Below, one piece after another: positions 25,097 through 33,516 of a stretch of 40,124 nt of DNA; within the stretch, counting starts at the first letter, position 1, and each line of letters opens with the position of its first letter. The position numbers and the translations under genes were made by a program. This DNA comes from a virus (taxonomy: Duplodnaviria > Caudoviricetes): IMG/VR virus record IMGVR_UViG_3300024262_000007, positions 1 to 40,124 of that record; one strand, 5' to 3'. The notes beneath the pieces were generated by a model. The model saw only the letters and a program-made list of their open reading frames with translations. It did no database searches and was not told where the DNA came from.

Positions 25097-25821
25097 ATTA
25101 TTATACCTCGGGTAAGAAGGTCTTTACGCTGTTTTTCAAATGCCTCTTCGGTTAATTCCCGATCATCTTCTGCAGTGGAGGGCAATTCTGTCATCTCTTC
25201 CGGATGCCTTTCGGGGAAAAGAGCCTTAGGGTCCAGGGTTCCCAAGAGTTCTTTGCGTAGGTCCCGGGCCTCGATACCAAAGGCAGGTATAACATCATCA
25301 TACTTACCAGAGCCGGCGTTCTCAACAGTGGATATCGGCCCTAGCCGGCGGACCCAGTCGAGTATCCGGTAGTAGATATCCGGATTTTCGACCATACCGA
25401 CCGTCTCTTCCGCCAGCGCTTCAAGCTCGAGCAAATGTTTTGACTGTCCACAGTCACAAACCTTGCCATTGATACGGAACTTCTGGACGCAGTGGCGCTG
25501 TAGCATGAGAAGGTTCTTGCCTATCTCGCGGTTCTGGTAATCCACCGTTTCCTTGGTGGAGACAGTGGAGGTAACCGAAGGGTTGGCTTCCAGGCGCACC
25601 TTTGTTCTGGTGTTGCCCAGGTTGGCAGGGTGGGTATCCTCGACGATTTCTTCAGGGAGGTCCGGCATCTGTTCGGGTTCTGCCCCTTCGGGCTTTGAGT
25701 GAGCGTCTCCAAGTATTTTTACCAGATCCTGTAAACGCTCTTTTTCATTAGAGCGCCTCACCAGCAAACGCTCGAGGGGAATTTTATCAACCGCCTGTGC
25801 TACAAGAGCTAACCAATTCAT
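25093..25821 (-). CDS. Hypothetical protein (CDCxxxKH motif)
   Basis: 242 aa. Confidence 0.7.
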   Translation of the reverse strand: MNWLALVAQAVDKIPLERLLVRRSNEKERLQDLVKILGDAHSKPEGAEPEQMPDLPEEIVEDTHPANLGNTRTKVRLEANPSVTSTVSTKETVDYQNREIGKNLLMLQRHCVQKFRINGKVCDCGQSKHLLELEALAEETVGMVENPDIYYRILDWVRRLGPISTVENAGSGKYDDVIPAFGIEARDLRKELLGTLDPKALFPERHPEEMTELPSTAEDDRELTEEAFEKQRKDLLTRGIII

Positions 25822-25838
25822 ATTTACGCCTCTTATCT

Positions 25839-25926
25839 ATATTAGATTTATTACCGCGGCTTGTCAAGCCTTTACCATAATAAAAGCTAAAACTCGTTGA
25901 CAAAAGCGTTTGCATGCGCCTATAAT
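25839..25926. promoter_or_regulatory. Divergent promoter pair
   Basis: - strand TTGACA-17-TAATAT; + strand TTGACA-18-TATAAT. Confidence 0.75.
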
Positions 25927-25947
25927 CCAGATTAAAGGAGGTGTGCT

Positions 25948-27207
25948 ATGGCAAGTAAGGAACAAATCTTTGGTATCATGGCGGGAGCCAGCGGCCCCAT
26001 GAGCAGGGTTCATCTGGAAGAGAAGGTTGGCGAGAGCTACCGCCGCTTTCAGACACAGCTTGACCGGTGGGTTAAGCAGGGGTTAATCGAGGACACCGGC
26101 GACCATTGCTACATACTGACTGACAAGGGGAGGGAAGAATCCTTGCAAGAGGAAATTGATAATATTCCTGAGGGTGAGTTAGCAGAGACGGGCGAGGGTA
26201 AAAAAGAAGAGACCCAAGCCACGGCCGGCACGACGGAGTATCAGCAGTTCCTTCGCCTCGGGAAGTATATCGGGGTAGTGCCTATGAGCCTGATTAAGGT
26301 TACTACCGACCACATCTGGAACGGTGGCGATTATCAGGACCTGAAATGGATAGCTTCGGGCTTGCAGCAGATGGGTATTCAGCGCGACCTGGCTAACCGC
26401 TGGCTCGCCGCTTGGGGCTCTCATCTGAAGCAACCCTTGCCAGCAGATTTGCCAACGTATTTTAGCAATACTGAAGTTAAAAGGGGAGAGGGACTTGAAG
26501 CAGAAAGAAAGAAGGGGGTCGGGAGTAGACCCTATATAATTGATAGCAACGACCAAGCAATATGGGTCGGTGAAGGCATGGGGAACCTTGATTATCAGGA
26601 TGCGGTGGATATAAGCAAGCTCAGGGCAGCAGGGAGGGCAGTCCGCTCCGATGGGCATAGAGACGGATCGGGGGATAGCCTGGCCGCGAAGGCAGTTGAG
26701 AAAGTTATCGGCGACATGAATCGGGAGCCAGCTCCTCCCGGGGATGAAACGGAAAAGATGATCTCTCAATTTAAGGCGCTCAAGGAGCTATTGGGAGAGG
26801 GGAAGCAGGAATCAGGTAACGACATCGAAAAGACGATTGCCATAATGAAAACTATGAGAGAGTTGTTTCCGGAGAATAAACCACAGCTTCCCATTGCCTC
26901 TCCGCAGAGGCAGATGCTGTACGATAAAAGAACGGGTGAAGTAACGGAAGTGGCTCCGGGGCAGCCGGTTATTATCATGCGCGAGAATGCAGCGGTTTCT
27001 CAGGCGACCCCCATTCAGGTGAAGGATAAGGATGGTAACCCGATGGTACTGGATCTCAGCACCTATATCCGGCTAGAGGAGCATAAGGAGAAACAGCGGA
27101 GGGATGAGGATAGCCACCAGGTCAAGATAGATATTGCCAAGACCTTCAAGGAAGCGCTGAACAGGGCCGGCAAAGCCCTGGCCAACATGGGAGAGGGGGA
27201 AGAGTAG
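25948..27207 (+). CDS. Winged-helix N-terminal domain protein with helical repeats
   Basis: QLDRWVKQGLIE..YILTDKG wHTH; repeated EKxI..xKxxxEL segments. Confidence 0.65.
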   Translation: MASKEQIFGIMAGASGPMSRVHLEEKVGESYRRFQTQLDRWVKQGLIEDTGDHCYILTDKGREESLQEEIDNIPEGELAETGEGKKEETQATAGTTEYQQFLRLGKYIGVVPMSLIKVTTDHIWNGGDYQDLKWIASGLQQMGIQRDLANRWLAAWGSHLKQPLPADLPTYFSNTEVKRGEGLEAERKKGVGSRPYIIDSNDQAIWVGEGMGNLDYQDAVDISKLRAAGRAVRSDGHRDGSGDSLAAKAVEKVIGDMNREPAPPGDETEKMISQFKALKELLGEGKQESGNDIEKTIAIMKTMRELFPENKPQLPIASPQRQMLYDKRTGEVTEVAPGQPVIIMRENAAVSQATPIQVKDKDGNPMVLDLSTYIRLEEHKEKQRRDEDSHQVKIDIAKTFKEALNRAGKALANMGEGEE

Positions 27208-27714
27208 ATGGCTATTAAAAAGAGTCTCGGTAAGTTCGGCAGCCGCTTCGCCTTCGAGTTTTTCCTTGAAACCATGCACGACTCCATAATTCAGGGGTTA
27301 AAAAAGTACCTGAATACCATAAAGGCCGAGGATATCCCTGCCATGGTCCGCGATGGTAGATTCCCCGAACTGGCGCATCTGGACTTATCGGCCATTGGTG
27401 ATAATATTGAGCACTTTGAAAAGATATCTCTTGTGCGCCTGGTGGAATTCATTGCGGAGGCTCGGCCTGACCTGGCGACGGCGGTTATGAGCTTGGGGGA
27501 TACCGGCGCCGAATACATGGCAAAATTGCGCCGGCATATGCTCGGGTCGCTAAAGCGCACGGAGTTCAAGCCCGATGAGAACGTGGTGCTGGCTCATTGC
27601 GACAAGTGTGATAAGAAGTGGCCGGTCAAGAAAGACGAAGCTGAGTCCGTTACCAAGTGCCCGTTCTGCGGTGCAGGGGAAGATGAGCCGGAGAAACCTC
27701 CGGAAGAGGAATAA
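27208..27714 (+). CDS. Hypothetical protein with C-terminal zinc ribbon
   Basis: CDKC...CPFCG. Confidence 0.7.
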   Translation: MAIKKSLGKFGSRFAFEFFLETMHDSIIQGLKKYLNTIKAEDIPAMVRDGRFPELAHLDLSAIGDNIEHFEKISLVRLVEFIAEARPDLATAVMSLGDTGAEYMAKLRRHMLGSLKRTEFKPDENVVLAHCDKCDKKWPVKKDEAESVTKCPFCGAGEDEPEKPPEEE

Positions 27715-27724
27715 CGTTCAAGTC

Positions 27725-27754
27725 TTGACAATTGCTCTGAAAACGTTACATAAT
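27725..27754 (+). promoter_or_regulatory. Sigma70 promoter
   Basis: TTGACA-18-CATAAT. Confidence 0.65.
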
Positions 27755-27762
27755 TACAGCAA

Positions 27763-27855
27763 ATGGAAGAGCAGGGTTATGTACGGCCGGAGCAGTTTCT
27801 ATTCAGTGTAGTAACTAGCGTTCTGCTAGGTATGATTATGAATGCTGCCACCTAG
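27763..27855 (+). CDS. 30-aa hydrophobic peptide
   Basis: MEEQGYVRPEQFLFSVVTSVLLGMIMNAAT; ATG 8 bp after the -10. Confidence 0.45.
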   Translation: MEEQGYVRPEQFLFSVVTSVLLGMIMNAAT

Positions 27856-27882
27856 CCGCGACAGACCGAAGGGAGGCAGACA

Positions 27883-28764
27883 ATGTTTGGTATTCCCAAA
27901 ACCGACGTAGAGCGCCTTATGTCTCATTATGGCATCAGTGAGGAAGAGGCTGTTGAGTTGCTTTCGAGCTATCCCGCTGACCTATTGCTTTCGGAGAGGG
28001 GATCGGGCTTAGCTCCGGTGGAGATCGTTGGTCGCACTCAAGGCGAGCTCGCCTCAGGACTCGAAATGATGGAGTCCAGTATAAACTATGGGGACAAGGC
28101 CCGGGTGACATTCTGCACCGAGGTTTTACCGGATGAGGTACAGCTTGCTGAAATGTACTTGGGGATGTTATCTACCGGCCACCATGTATCGTACCCCACC
28201 ACTGCCGTGGTTGGTGGGATCCCGACCACCGAGTTCGTTATTAAGAAAGGGTCTCCCTTCTGGCCGTTGATTATCCCAATCTTAGTACCCCTGTTCACTG
28301 TTGGTTTAGTCGCCTTCGGCATCACCAAGATAGAAACCATCACCAAGGCGCTGGTGCCGATCATCTTGATTTCAATCGGCGGCCTGATTGTGCTGGCTGC
28401 GGTGCTTTCCAAGCCAGCCACCAAGTACATCGAGCGGGGCGGGAAGATTCCTTACCTGCCGGCAACCAAGGAAAAGATGACCAGGGATAAAGTGAAGGTC
28501 ATCTCTTGGGCAGAGAGGGATCGGATGCACATCGGCATCGTCGATAAAAAGACGGAGCAGAAGAGTATCGCTGACTGGTGGGATGATGAGGCACGGCAGA
28601 TGTTTGAAGATGGTTTCTTTAAACCAGGCGACATCCGGCAACAGACGATAAAAGGGAGAGCCTTTGAGGATAGCGTTCTGGACTATGCCGAGAGCGTCGG
28701 CATTCTGGCCAGTGGCAAGCGCCTAGCTTTGACTACATCAAAAAAAGCACTGGCCGTCAGGTAG
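27883..28764 (+). CDS. Two-TM membrane protein; N-terminal part of frameshift fusion
   Basis: Two long hydrophobic helices; ends over A7 slippery site. Confidence 0.75.
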   Translation: MFGIPKTDVERLMSHYGISEEEAVELLSSYPADLLLSERGSGLAPVEIVGRTQGELASGLEMMESSINYGDKARVTFCTEVLPDEVQLAEMYLGMLSTGHHVSYPTTAVVGGIPTTEFVIKKGSPFWPLIIPILVPLFTVGLVAFGITKIETITKALVPIILISIGGLIVLAAVLSKPATKYIERGGKIPYLPATKEKMTRDKVKVISWAERDRMHIGIVDKKTEQKSIADWWDDEARQMFEDGFFKPGDIRQQTIKGRAFEDSVLDYAESVGILASGKRLALTTSKKALAVR

Positions 28765-28788
28765 AGAAAGAGAACTATCTGGCGGCTA
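28740..28788 (+). other. Putative -1 programmed frameshift signal
   Basis: A_AAA_AAA in frame, then 14-bp hairpin 28751-28764/28775-28788 with three G-U pairs. Confidence 0.7.
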
Positions 28789-31235
28789 ATGATATTCAGG
28801 AAAGCCGCATCCGCCATGACCTCGGCAAGAGCGTCAACGAAGAGCAAGAGGCAGCCGACAAGTACCGCGATCGGAGCGAATACGCCTCCGGCGCTGGGGA
28901 CAAAGAGACATCTCAACTTTACGAGCACATTGCGGGGGAAGAGGATACCCACAAGAGGGAGTTCCAGGAGCGTGGGCAGAAGCTATCTAAACAGTATTCT
29001 ACTACTGAGCATGTCCCCCAGACCAAGAAGGAGTACTGGGTCAAGATAACCAAACGCGGCGCCAGCTCCTTCAGCGAAGGCTCTCTTATCAGGTGGGAAG
29101 AGTTCAAGGCAGATGACAGAAAGGTCAGAGAGCGTGGGGAAGAGCCAGCCTCCGTCGAGATTGTCAAAGAGCCACACCCGGGTAATGGGAATGGCGACAA
29201 GGAACTTCCGGCCACCGTCCAGGGCGAGCCGATCCCCGACAAGTATCGCACGCTGATACCCCTAATCGATGAGCCACTGCCGCCCGACAGTGATTACCTG
29301 GTGCCGGCGATTGTCCCCGAGGAAGGGGAGCGGAAGATTGACGCCGTACTCCGGCAGCTGAAGGAAGGCGTTGAGGGTATCCAGAACAGTGAACAGTTCC
29401 GGACATTCCTTACCACGATGGCCAAGTTCCATGAGTACTCGTTGGGCAATCAGATCCTTATCGCATTACAGAAGCCAGAGGCCACCCGGGTAGCCGGTTT
29501 CCAGACCTGGAAGAACCTCGGTCGCTTTGTGAAGAAGGGTGAAGCGGGCATCGCTATTCTGGCGCCTATAATGCCGCGCAAGCAGAAGAAGGAAGATGAG
29601 GAAGATGAAGAGTCGCCGCTGAGTCCGGTTTATTTCAAAGTTGTGCATGTTTTTGATGTCAGCCAGACCGAGGGCCAGCCGCTTCCGGAGTTTGAAGTAC
29701 CGAGTCTTACCGGCGAGGCCAATGAAGAGTTGTTTACAAAGGCGTTGGCACTAGCCAAAGGTCAGGGGCTGGAAGTAAGTTTTGACCCCATGCCGTCGCA
29801 GGATCCGGGGCTGAAGGGTTTTTACTCAGGTAAAAAGATATGGGTGAAGCCCGATGAGCCCAGGGCACAGCAGCTCAAGACATTACTTCATGAGATGGCG
29901 CATTACTATTCTGAGGGAGTCTTCCGAATACCCAGGGCGGATGCGGAAACGATTGCCGAAAGTGCTGCCTTTGCTGTGGGGGCCCACTTCGGCTTTGACA
30001 GCGGCATAAGGTCATTCCCTTACGTCGCCCTCTGGTCGCAGGACCCGAAAGTGCTCAAGGCCAACCTTGGCTCAGTCCGGAAGGTGACCAGTATTATGCT
30101 CGAGGGGCTAGAAGACACGAAAGTAGGGCATTATGAGACAATAATCCCTGCCTTTGATGAAACCTTTGGACTACGGAAGCGTGAATTTGATAATAGGAAC
30201 AAGCCAAGGTCTGAATGGATAAGGCGGGAAGAAAATAAGTTGGTGCCAGCTCTAAAGCCTTTCGAGCCGTACCACTTTGCCGAGTTTGTCCTGAGGTATA
30301 ACCGCTTCAGTGATGCTGAGATACCTATTTATAGTGGGCTTACCGGCAAGGCTCCGCTGCGGATCCCCGACCATATTTGGAGAGAGGTAATTGAGGAGAC
30401 TGAAGGCGAATTTATCAAGCAGGGTGAGCTTAACGTCTTCCAGATTCCTGAAAAGGAAAGGCCGGCTTACATGAGAGCAGCGCCGACTTGGAGAGATATT
30501 GCTTCTACTGTTCCAGAGAGCCACCCAGTAATACCTAAGGGGAGATACCCTGAAGTTGAAAATGGAATTGACCAAAAATTGTCTACATGGGCGAAAGAGC
30601 TATCTGTATCGCTTCCGAATTGGTATTTTGCAGAGAACGTTAATTTCGGCTATGATCCTGAGACAAAAATAATTGTATTACCAAGCGATCTCTCAAATGC
30701 AGTGGAGGGTGAAGATTTTAAATACCTGTGGTTCTGGATAGCACATGAATTTGGCCATCATTATATAAGTGATAAGAAGATGGATTTTAAGGAACTCTTT
30801 GATGAGGAAACCTATGCTTCGGATATTGCTACTCAGCTTACTACTTATCAAAGTGGCTATGCTTGGAAAGCCCTTCACGACTTATTGCCAAGGATATGGA
30901 AACAGGAAGTAGCGAAGGAGGGGAAAATGAGAATTGGTGAGGATGGCAAATTATATCTAAATGTCGAGGGAGAAGACATACAGTTATTACCTTTTAATTT
31001 CAAGGTTGCTAATGACCCCATTTGCTATGCTAAAAACGTGAAGAGTGGTAAGGTTGAAAGGCTAAGTCCAGTTGGCCATCAGAAAATTACCATTCTTCCT
31101 TCCAGTCCTAGAGAAGAGTTGGAATTCGTCGCCGACTCCCCTGAACTGATACCTTTCACCATCGACGATATCGGGTACCGTGACAAGTTAGATAATGCCT
31201 TCGAGATGGCAATCGCTAAAGTCCAAGGGGGCTAG
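28746..31235 (+). CDS. Polyvalent protein: ferritin-like motif, ArdC-like ssDNA-binding domain, two HExxH zincin domains (frame open from 28674)
   Basis: YEHIAGEEDTH; FHEYSLGNQILI..VAGFQTWK.LGR.VKKGE..VFDVSQTEG; HEMAH..AES; HEFGH. Confidence 0.8.
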   Translation, partial: STGRQVEKENYLAANDIQESRIRHDLGKSVNEEQEAADKYRDRSEYASGAGDKETSQLYEHIAGEEDTHKREFQERGQKLSKQYSTTEHVPQTKKEYWVKITKRGASSFSEGSLIRWEEFKADDRKVRERGEEPASVEIVKEPHPGNGNGDKELPATVQGEPIPDKYRTLIPLIDEPLPPDSDYLVPAIVPEEGERKIDAVLRQLKEGVEGIQNSEQFRTFLTTMAKFHEYSLGNQILIALQKPEATRVAGFQTWKNLGRFVKKGEAGIAILAPIMPRKQKKEDEEDEESPLSPVYFKVVHVFDVSQTEGQPLPEFEVPSLTGEANEELFTKALALAKGQGLEVSFDPMPSQDPGLKGFYSGKKIWVKPDEPRAQQLKTLLHEMAHYYSEGVFRIPRADAETIAESAAFAVGAHFGFDSGIRSFPYVALWSQDPKVLKANLGSVRKVTSIMLEGLEDTKVGHYETIIPAFDETFGLRKREFDNRNKPRSEWIRREENKLVPALKPFEPYHFAEFVLRYNRFSDAEIPIYSGLTGKAPLRIPDHIWREVIEETEGEFIKQGELNVFQIPEKERPAYMRAAPTWRDIASTVPESHPVIPKGRYPEVENGIDQKLSTWAKELSVSLPNWYFAENVNFGYDPETKIIVLPSDLSNAVEGEDFKYLWFWIAHEFGHHYISDKKMDFKELFDEETYASDIATQLTTYQSGYAWKALHDLLPRIWKQEVAKEGKMRIGEDGKLYLNVEGEDIQLLPFNFKVANDPICYAKNVKSGKVERLSPVGHQKITILPSSPREELEFVADSPELIPFTIDDIGYRDKLDNAFEMAIAKVQGG
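28991..29008. repeat. Palindromic site ACAGTA-TTCTAC-TACTGA (intragenic)
   Basis: 11/12 arms. Confidence 0.6.
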
Positions 31236-32117
31236 ATGTCTTATATAGAGGATGAGGGGAAAGTCATTGGCGATGCGCTCGGTGTAAGATATGACGGCCC
31301 TCAATATTATAAGGAAGACTTCAAGTTCCATCTTTTCACTGACCCCCTCACAGGCTTCACATTTGCTGGTACGTCTTTGGAGGATAGCAAAAAGCGGCTT
31401 GGGAAGATGAGAAGGCAATTCGGCATTTCTCAAGAAAAGTCACCCTCCACACATCCCTTAGTGCTCGAGCGTTTCCCCTATCCGGCTCCGGAGCAGATGG
31501 GGTTGGATATTGGGGGTATCGGCGAGCTAAAGGTAGAGATTCCACCTCCCCGAGGGAGCAAGCTTGAAGAAGGATCGGTTATACGCACTAGCGAAAAGCA
31601 CGATAAAGCCGTTGAACACCTCGGCTACCACTCCGTCAGTTTGAGCGATGATGAGATATCCTTACTCGAAACGAAAGTCCCCACGGATATAGATGTAATC
31701 AACGAATCTCAAAACCGGCTTAGGGAGACGAAGATTATCCCGGATGATCAGCTTAGTTCCGCGCAGCTCGGGCACTTGAACCTTGCCAGGGCAATCGCAA
31801 AGGGTGTCGGCTGTATTCCCCCGGCCGGGATATATGCCGCTGTCATCCCGCCGGCCAGTGACAGGGTAAGGACCGCCGGGCTTTATGGAACCAAGAGTGG
31901 TGCACTATACCTATCTATAGATATGCTTTCGAAAGGTCGAGACGCATTTGATACACTTGTTCACGAACTGGGGCATCATCGCCAGTTCACCAGCAGCGGC
32001 GAGGCGGAGGATTTAACCCCCAGCCACGCAGAGGCCATGACAGATATTGCTAAGAAGTTAATCCAGGGCTTGAACTCGGGCGATTACGATAAACTACTCG
32101 TAGATACACAGTATTGA
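31236..32117 (+). CDS. Zincin-motif protein
   Basis: AGLY...TLVHELGHH. Confidence 0.7.
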   Translation: MSYIEDEGKVIGDALGVRYDGPQYYKEDFKFHLFTDPLTGFTFAGTSLEDSKKRLGKMRRQFGISQEKSPSTHPLVLERFPYPAPEQMGLDIGGIGELKVEIPPPRGSKLEEGSVIRTSEKHDKAVEHLGYHSVSLSDDEISLLETKVPTDIDVINESQNRLRETKIIPDDQLSSAQLGHLNLARAIAKGVGCIPPAGIYAAVIPPASDRVRTAGLYGTKSGALYLSIDMLSKGRDAFDTLVHELGHHRQFTSSGEAEDLTPSHAEAMTDIAKKLIQGLNSGDYDKLLVDTQY

Positions 32118-32125
32118 CATACAGT
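32108..32125. repeat. Palindromic site ACAGTA-TTGACA-TACAGT
   Basis: 11/12 arms; spacer is a -35 hexamer and contains the TGA stop. Confidence 0.75.
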
Positions 32126-32144
32126 TGATATAGTGCTATATAAT
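32114..32144 (+). promoter_or_regulatory. Promoter of structural-like module
   Basis: TTGACA then TGCTATATAAT. Confidence 0.65.
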
Positions 32145-32153
32145 GAAGGTAAT

Positions 32154-32594
32154 ATGGTTGAGACGAGAGAGCTAAAGCAGAAGACAGACTGGCTGGTACC
32201 GACCGCCGTTGTCCTCGGCGGCGCCGGCATTGCCGCGGGGCTCTATTTCTACATGAAGAAACCCCCCGGGGTAGACCCCGGAGGATCGTTTGATGTTACC
32301 TTTAATTTTGATTACCTCGGAGACGGTGGCATCTTTGTTCTTCAAGTCCATCTCGGCAAACTCTACGTTGGCAGTATCTTTGACCATGTCGAAGGGCTTG
32401 GCTGGTCAAAACAAGTTACACTAAGTGGCCCTGATTCATACGAGTTTAAGGTCAATTGTGTTCTACCGATGGCAACTGACCCCAAGACCTATGACGGCGA
32501 GGCCGGCATCAGAGCGGTTGGGCCCTGGGACCCACCGTACGACTATATCGCCGGGCCGGTTTATAAAAATGGGGCAGTTGAGGTGAGGAAGTAA
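32154..32594 (+). CDS. Membrane-anchored Ig-like protein
   Basis: N-terminal TM (VVLGGAGIAAGLYFY) plus beta-rich domain. Confidence 0.65.
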   Translation: MVETRELKQKTDWLVPTAVVLGGAGIAAGLYFYMKKPPGVDPGGSFDVTFNFDYLGDGGIFVLQVHLGKLYVGSIFDHVEGLGWSKQVTLSGPDSYEFKVNCVLPMATDPKTYDGEAGIRAVGPWDPPYDYIAGPVYKNGAVEVRK

Positions 32595-33023
32595 ATGGAG
32601 CAGCAGCCGGTTGCGGTAAGTATCATAAGGAAGGCTGGGGCTGGAGTCTACACCGAGATAACAGTGGTTGAAGCCCCCGCGTCGGCAAGTGCTGGTAGCC
32701 TGGTGCAGGTAAGGGTCAGCATCAAGAACAAGACAGCGTCGACAATTGGTATTATGGTCGGTGGCGCCCTGGAGTACGGTGTCAGCCCCTGGCCGACAAT
32801 TTCCTTCCCGAACAATTGGGCCAACTTCCCCGCCGGGCAATCCTATTATTTCGATGGAACCTTCACCATGCCGGCCTATGCCGTCGTCATCCATGCTTAC
32901 AGCTACTACTATGGGTCTGATAGCGCCTGGCACTTTGATGACGAGAGGACAAAGAGCGTGGGCTTGAGCCAGGTGGAGGATGCGCAATTTCAAAGCCTGA
33001 GCGTCAGTTACGCGAAGGTATAA
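32595..33023 (+). CDS. Ig-like protein
   Basis: APASASAGSLVQVRVSIKN...FTMP; C-terminal AQFQSLSVSYAKV. Confidence 0.65.
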   Translation: MEQQPVAVSIIRKAGAGVYTEITVVEAPASASAGSLVQVRVSIKNKTASTIGIMVGGALEYGVSPWPTISFPNNWANFPAGQSYYFDGTFTMPAYAVVIHAYSYYYGSDSAWHFDDERTKSVGLSQVEDAQFQSLSVSYAKV

Positions 33024-33032
33024 GGAGGCCAA

Positions 33033-33395
33033 ATGATACAGTTGCAATATGGAGATAAGCTACGGTTCACCTGCTCCTTTCAGCATAAGGGAGCTGCCTA
33101 TACAGGGGCTAAACTGCATGCCGCCATCGGAAATAAGGGCGCTCTCGGATTCGATGAAATACTAAACAATGAGACGACTGTTACCGGTATCATCTACGAT
33201 GCCACATGGCAAACGTACACGGTGACCATCGATGTTACGATTACGACAGGCATTTCCGGCGGAGCTTATGATACGATGGTCAAGCTCATGAGCATCCCGG
33301 GCAGCGACATCTACTGGTACGGCACGCTGGATGATATCGTTATCGTCGGCGCAGCGGAGTTCCAGGGTTTAAGTGTTTCTTACGCGAAGGTTTGA
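33033..33395 (+). CDS. Ig-like protein
   Basis: Beta-rich; C-terminal AEFQGLSVSYAKV. Confidence 0.65.
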   Translation: MIQLQYGDKLRFTCSFQHKGAAYTGAKLHAAIGNKGALGFDEILNNETTVTGIIYDATWQTYTVTIDVTITTGISGGAYDTMVKLMSIPGSDIYWYGTLDDIVIVGAAEFQGLSVSYAKV

Positions 33396-33402
33396 AAACT
33401 AC

Positions 33403-33432
33403 TTGACAAATAGCCTACAATAGTTTTAAAGT
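33403..33432 (+). promoter_or_regulatory. Probable promoter
   Basis: TTGACA-18-TAAAGT. Confidence 0.55.
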
Positions 33433-33443
33433 TAAGATAATCT

Positions 33444-33516
33444 AAGAGGGGGCGAGCACTCTCGGCTGAAAAGTCTGAGGGCTCGCCCCCTCTTCTTTTT
33501 AGCGGAGTGCTCGCCC
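33444..33516 (+). promoter_or_regulatory. Terminator hairpin with alternative pairing partner (attenuator-like leader)
   Basis: 14-bp stem 33444-57/33481-94 plus T-run; 33505-16 complementary to 33450-61. Confidence 0.7.

Noticed and set aside
28789-29406. Short ORFs 28789-29049 (+) and overlapping - strand ORFs
   Set aside because: Shadow frames of the start-less extension of the polyvalent ORF.
2486-32125. Palindromes as E. coli-type LexA (SOS) boxes
   Set aside because: Same hexamers but opposite order and spacing (SOS is TACTGT-N8-ACAGTA; here ACAGTA-N6-TACTGT), and most copies are not at promoters.
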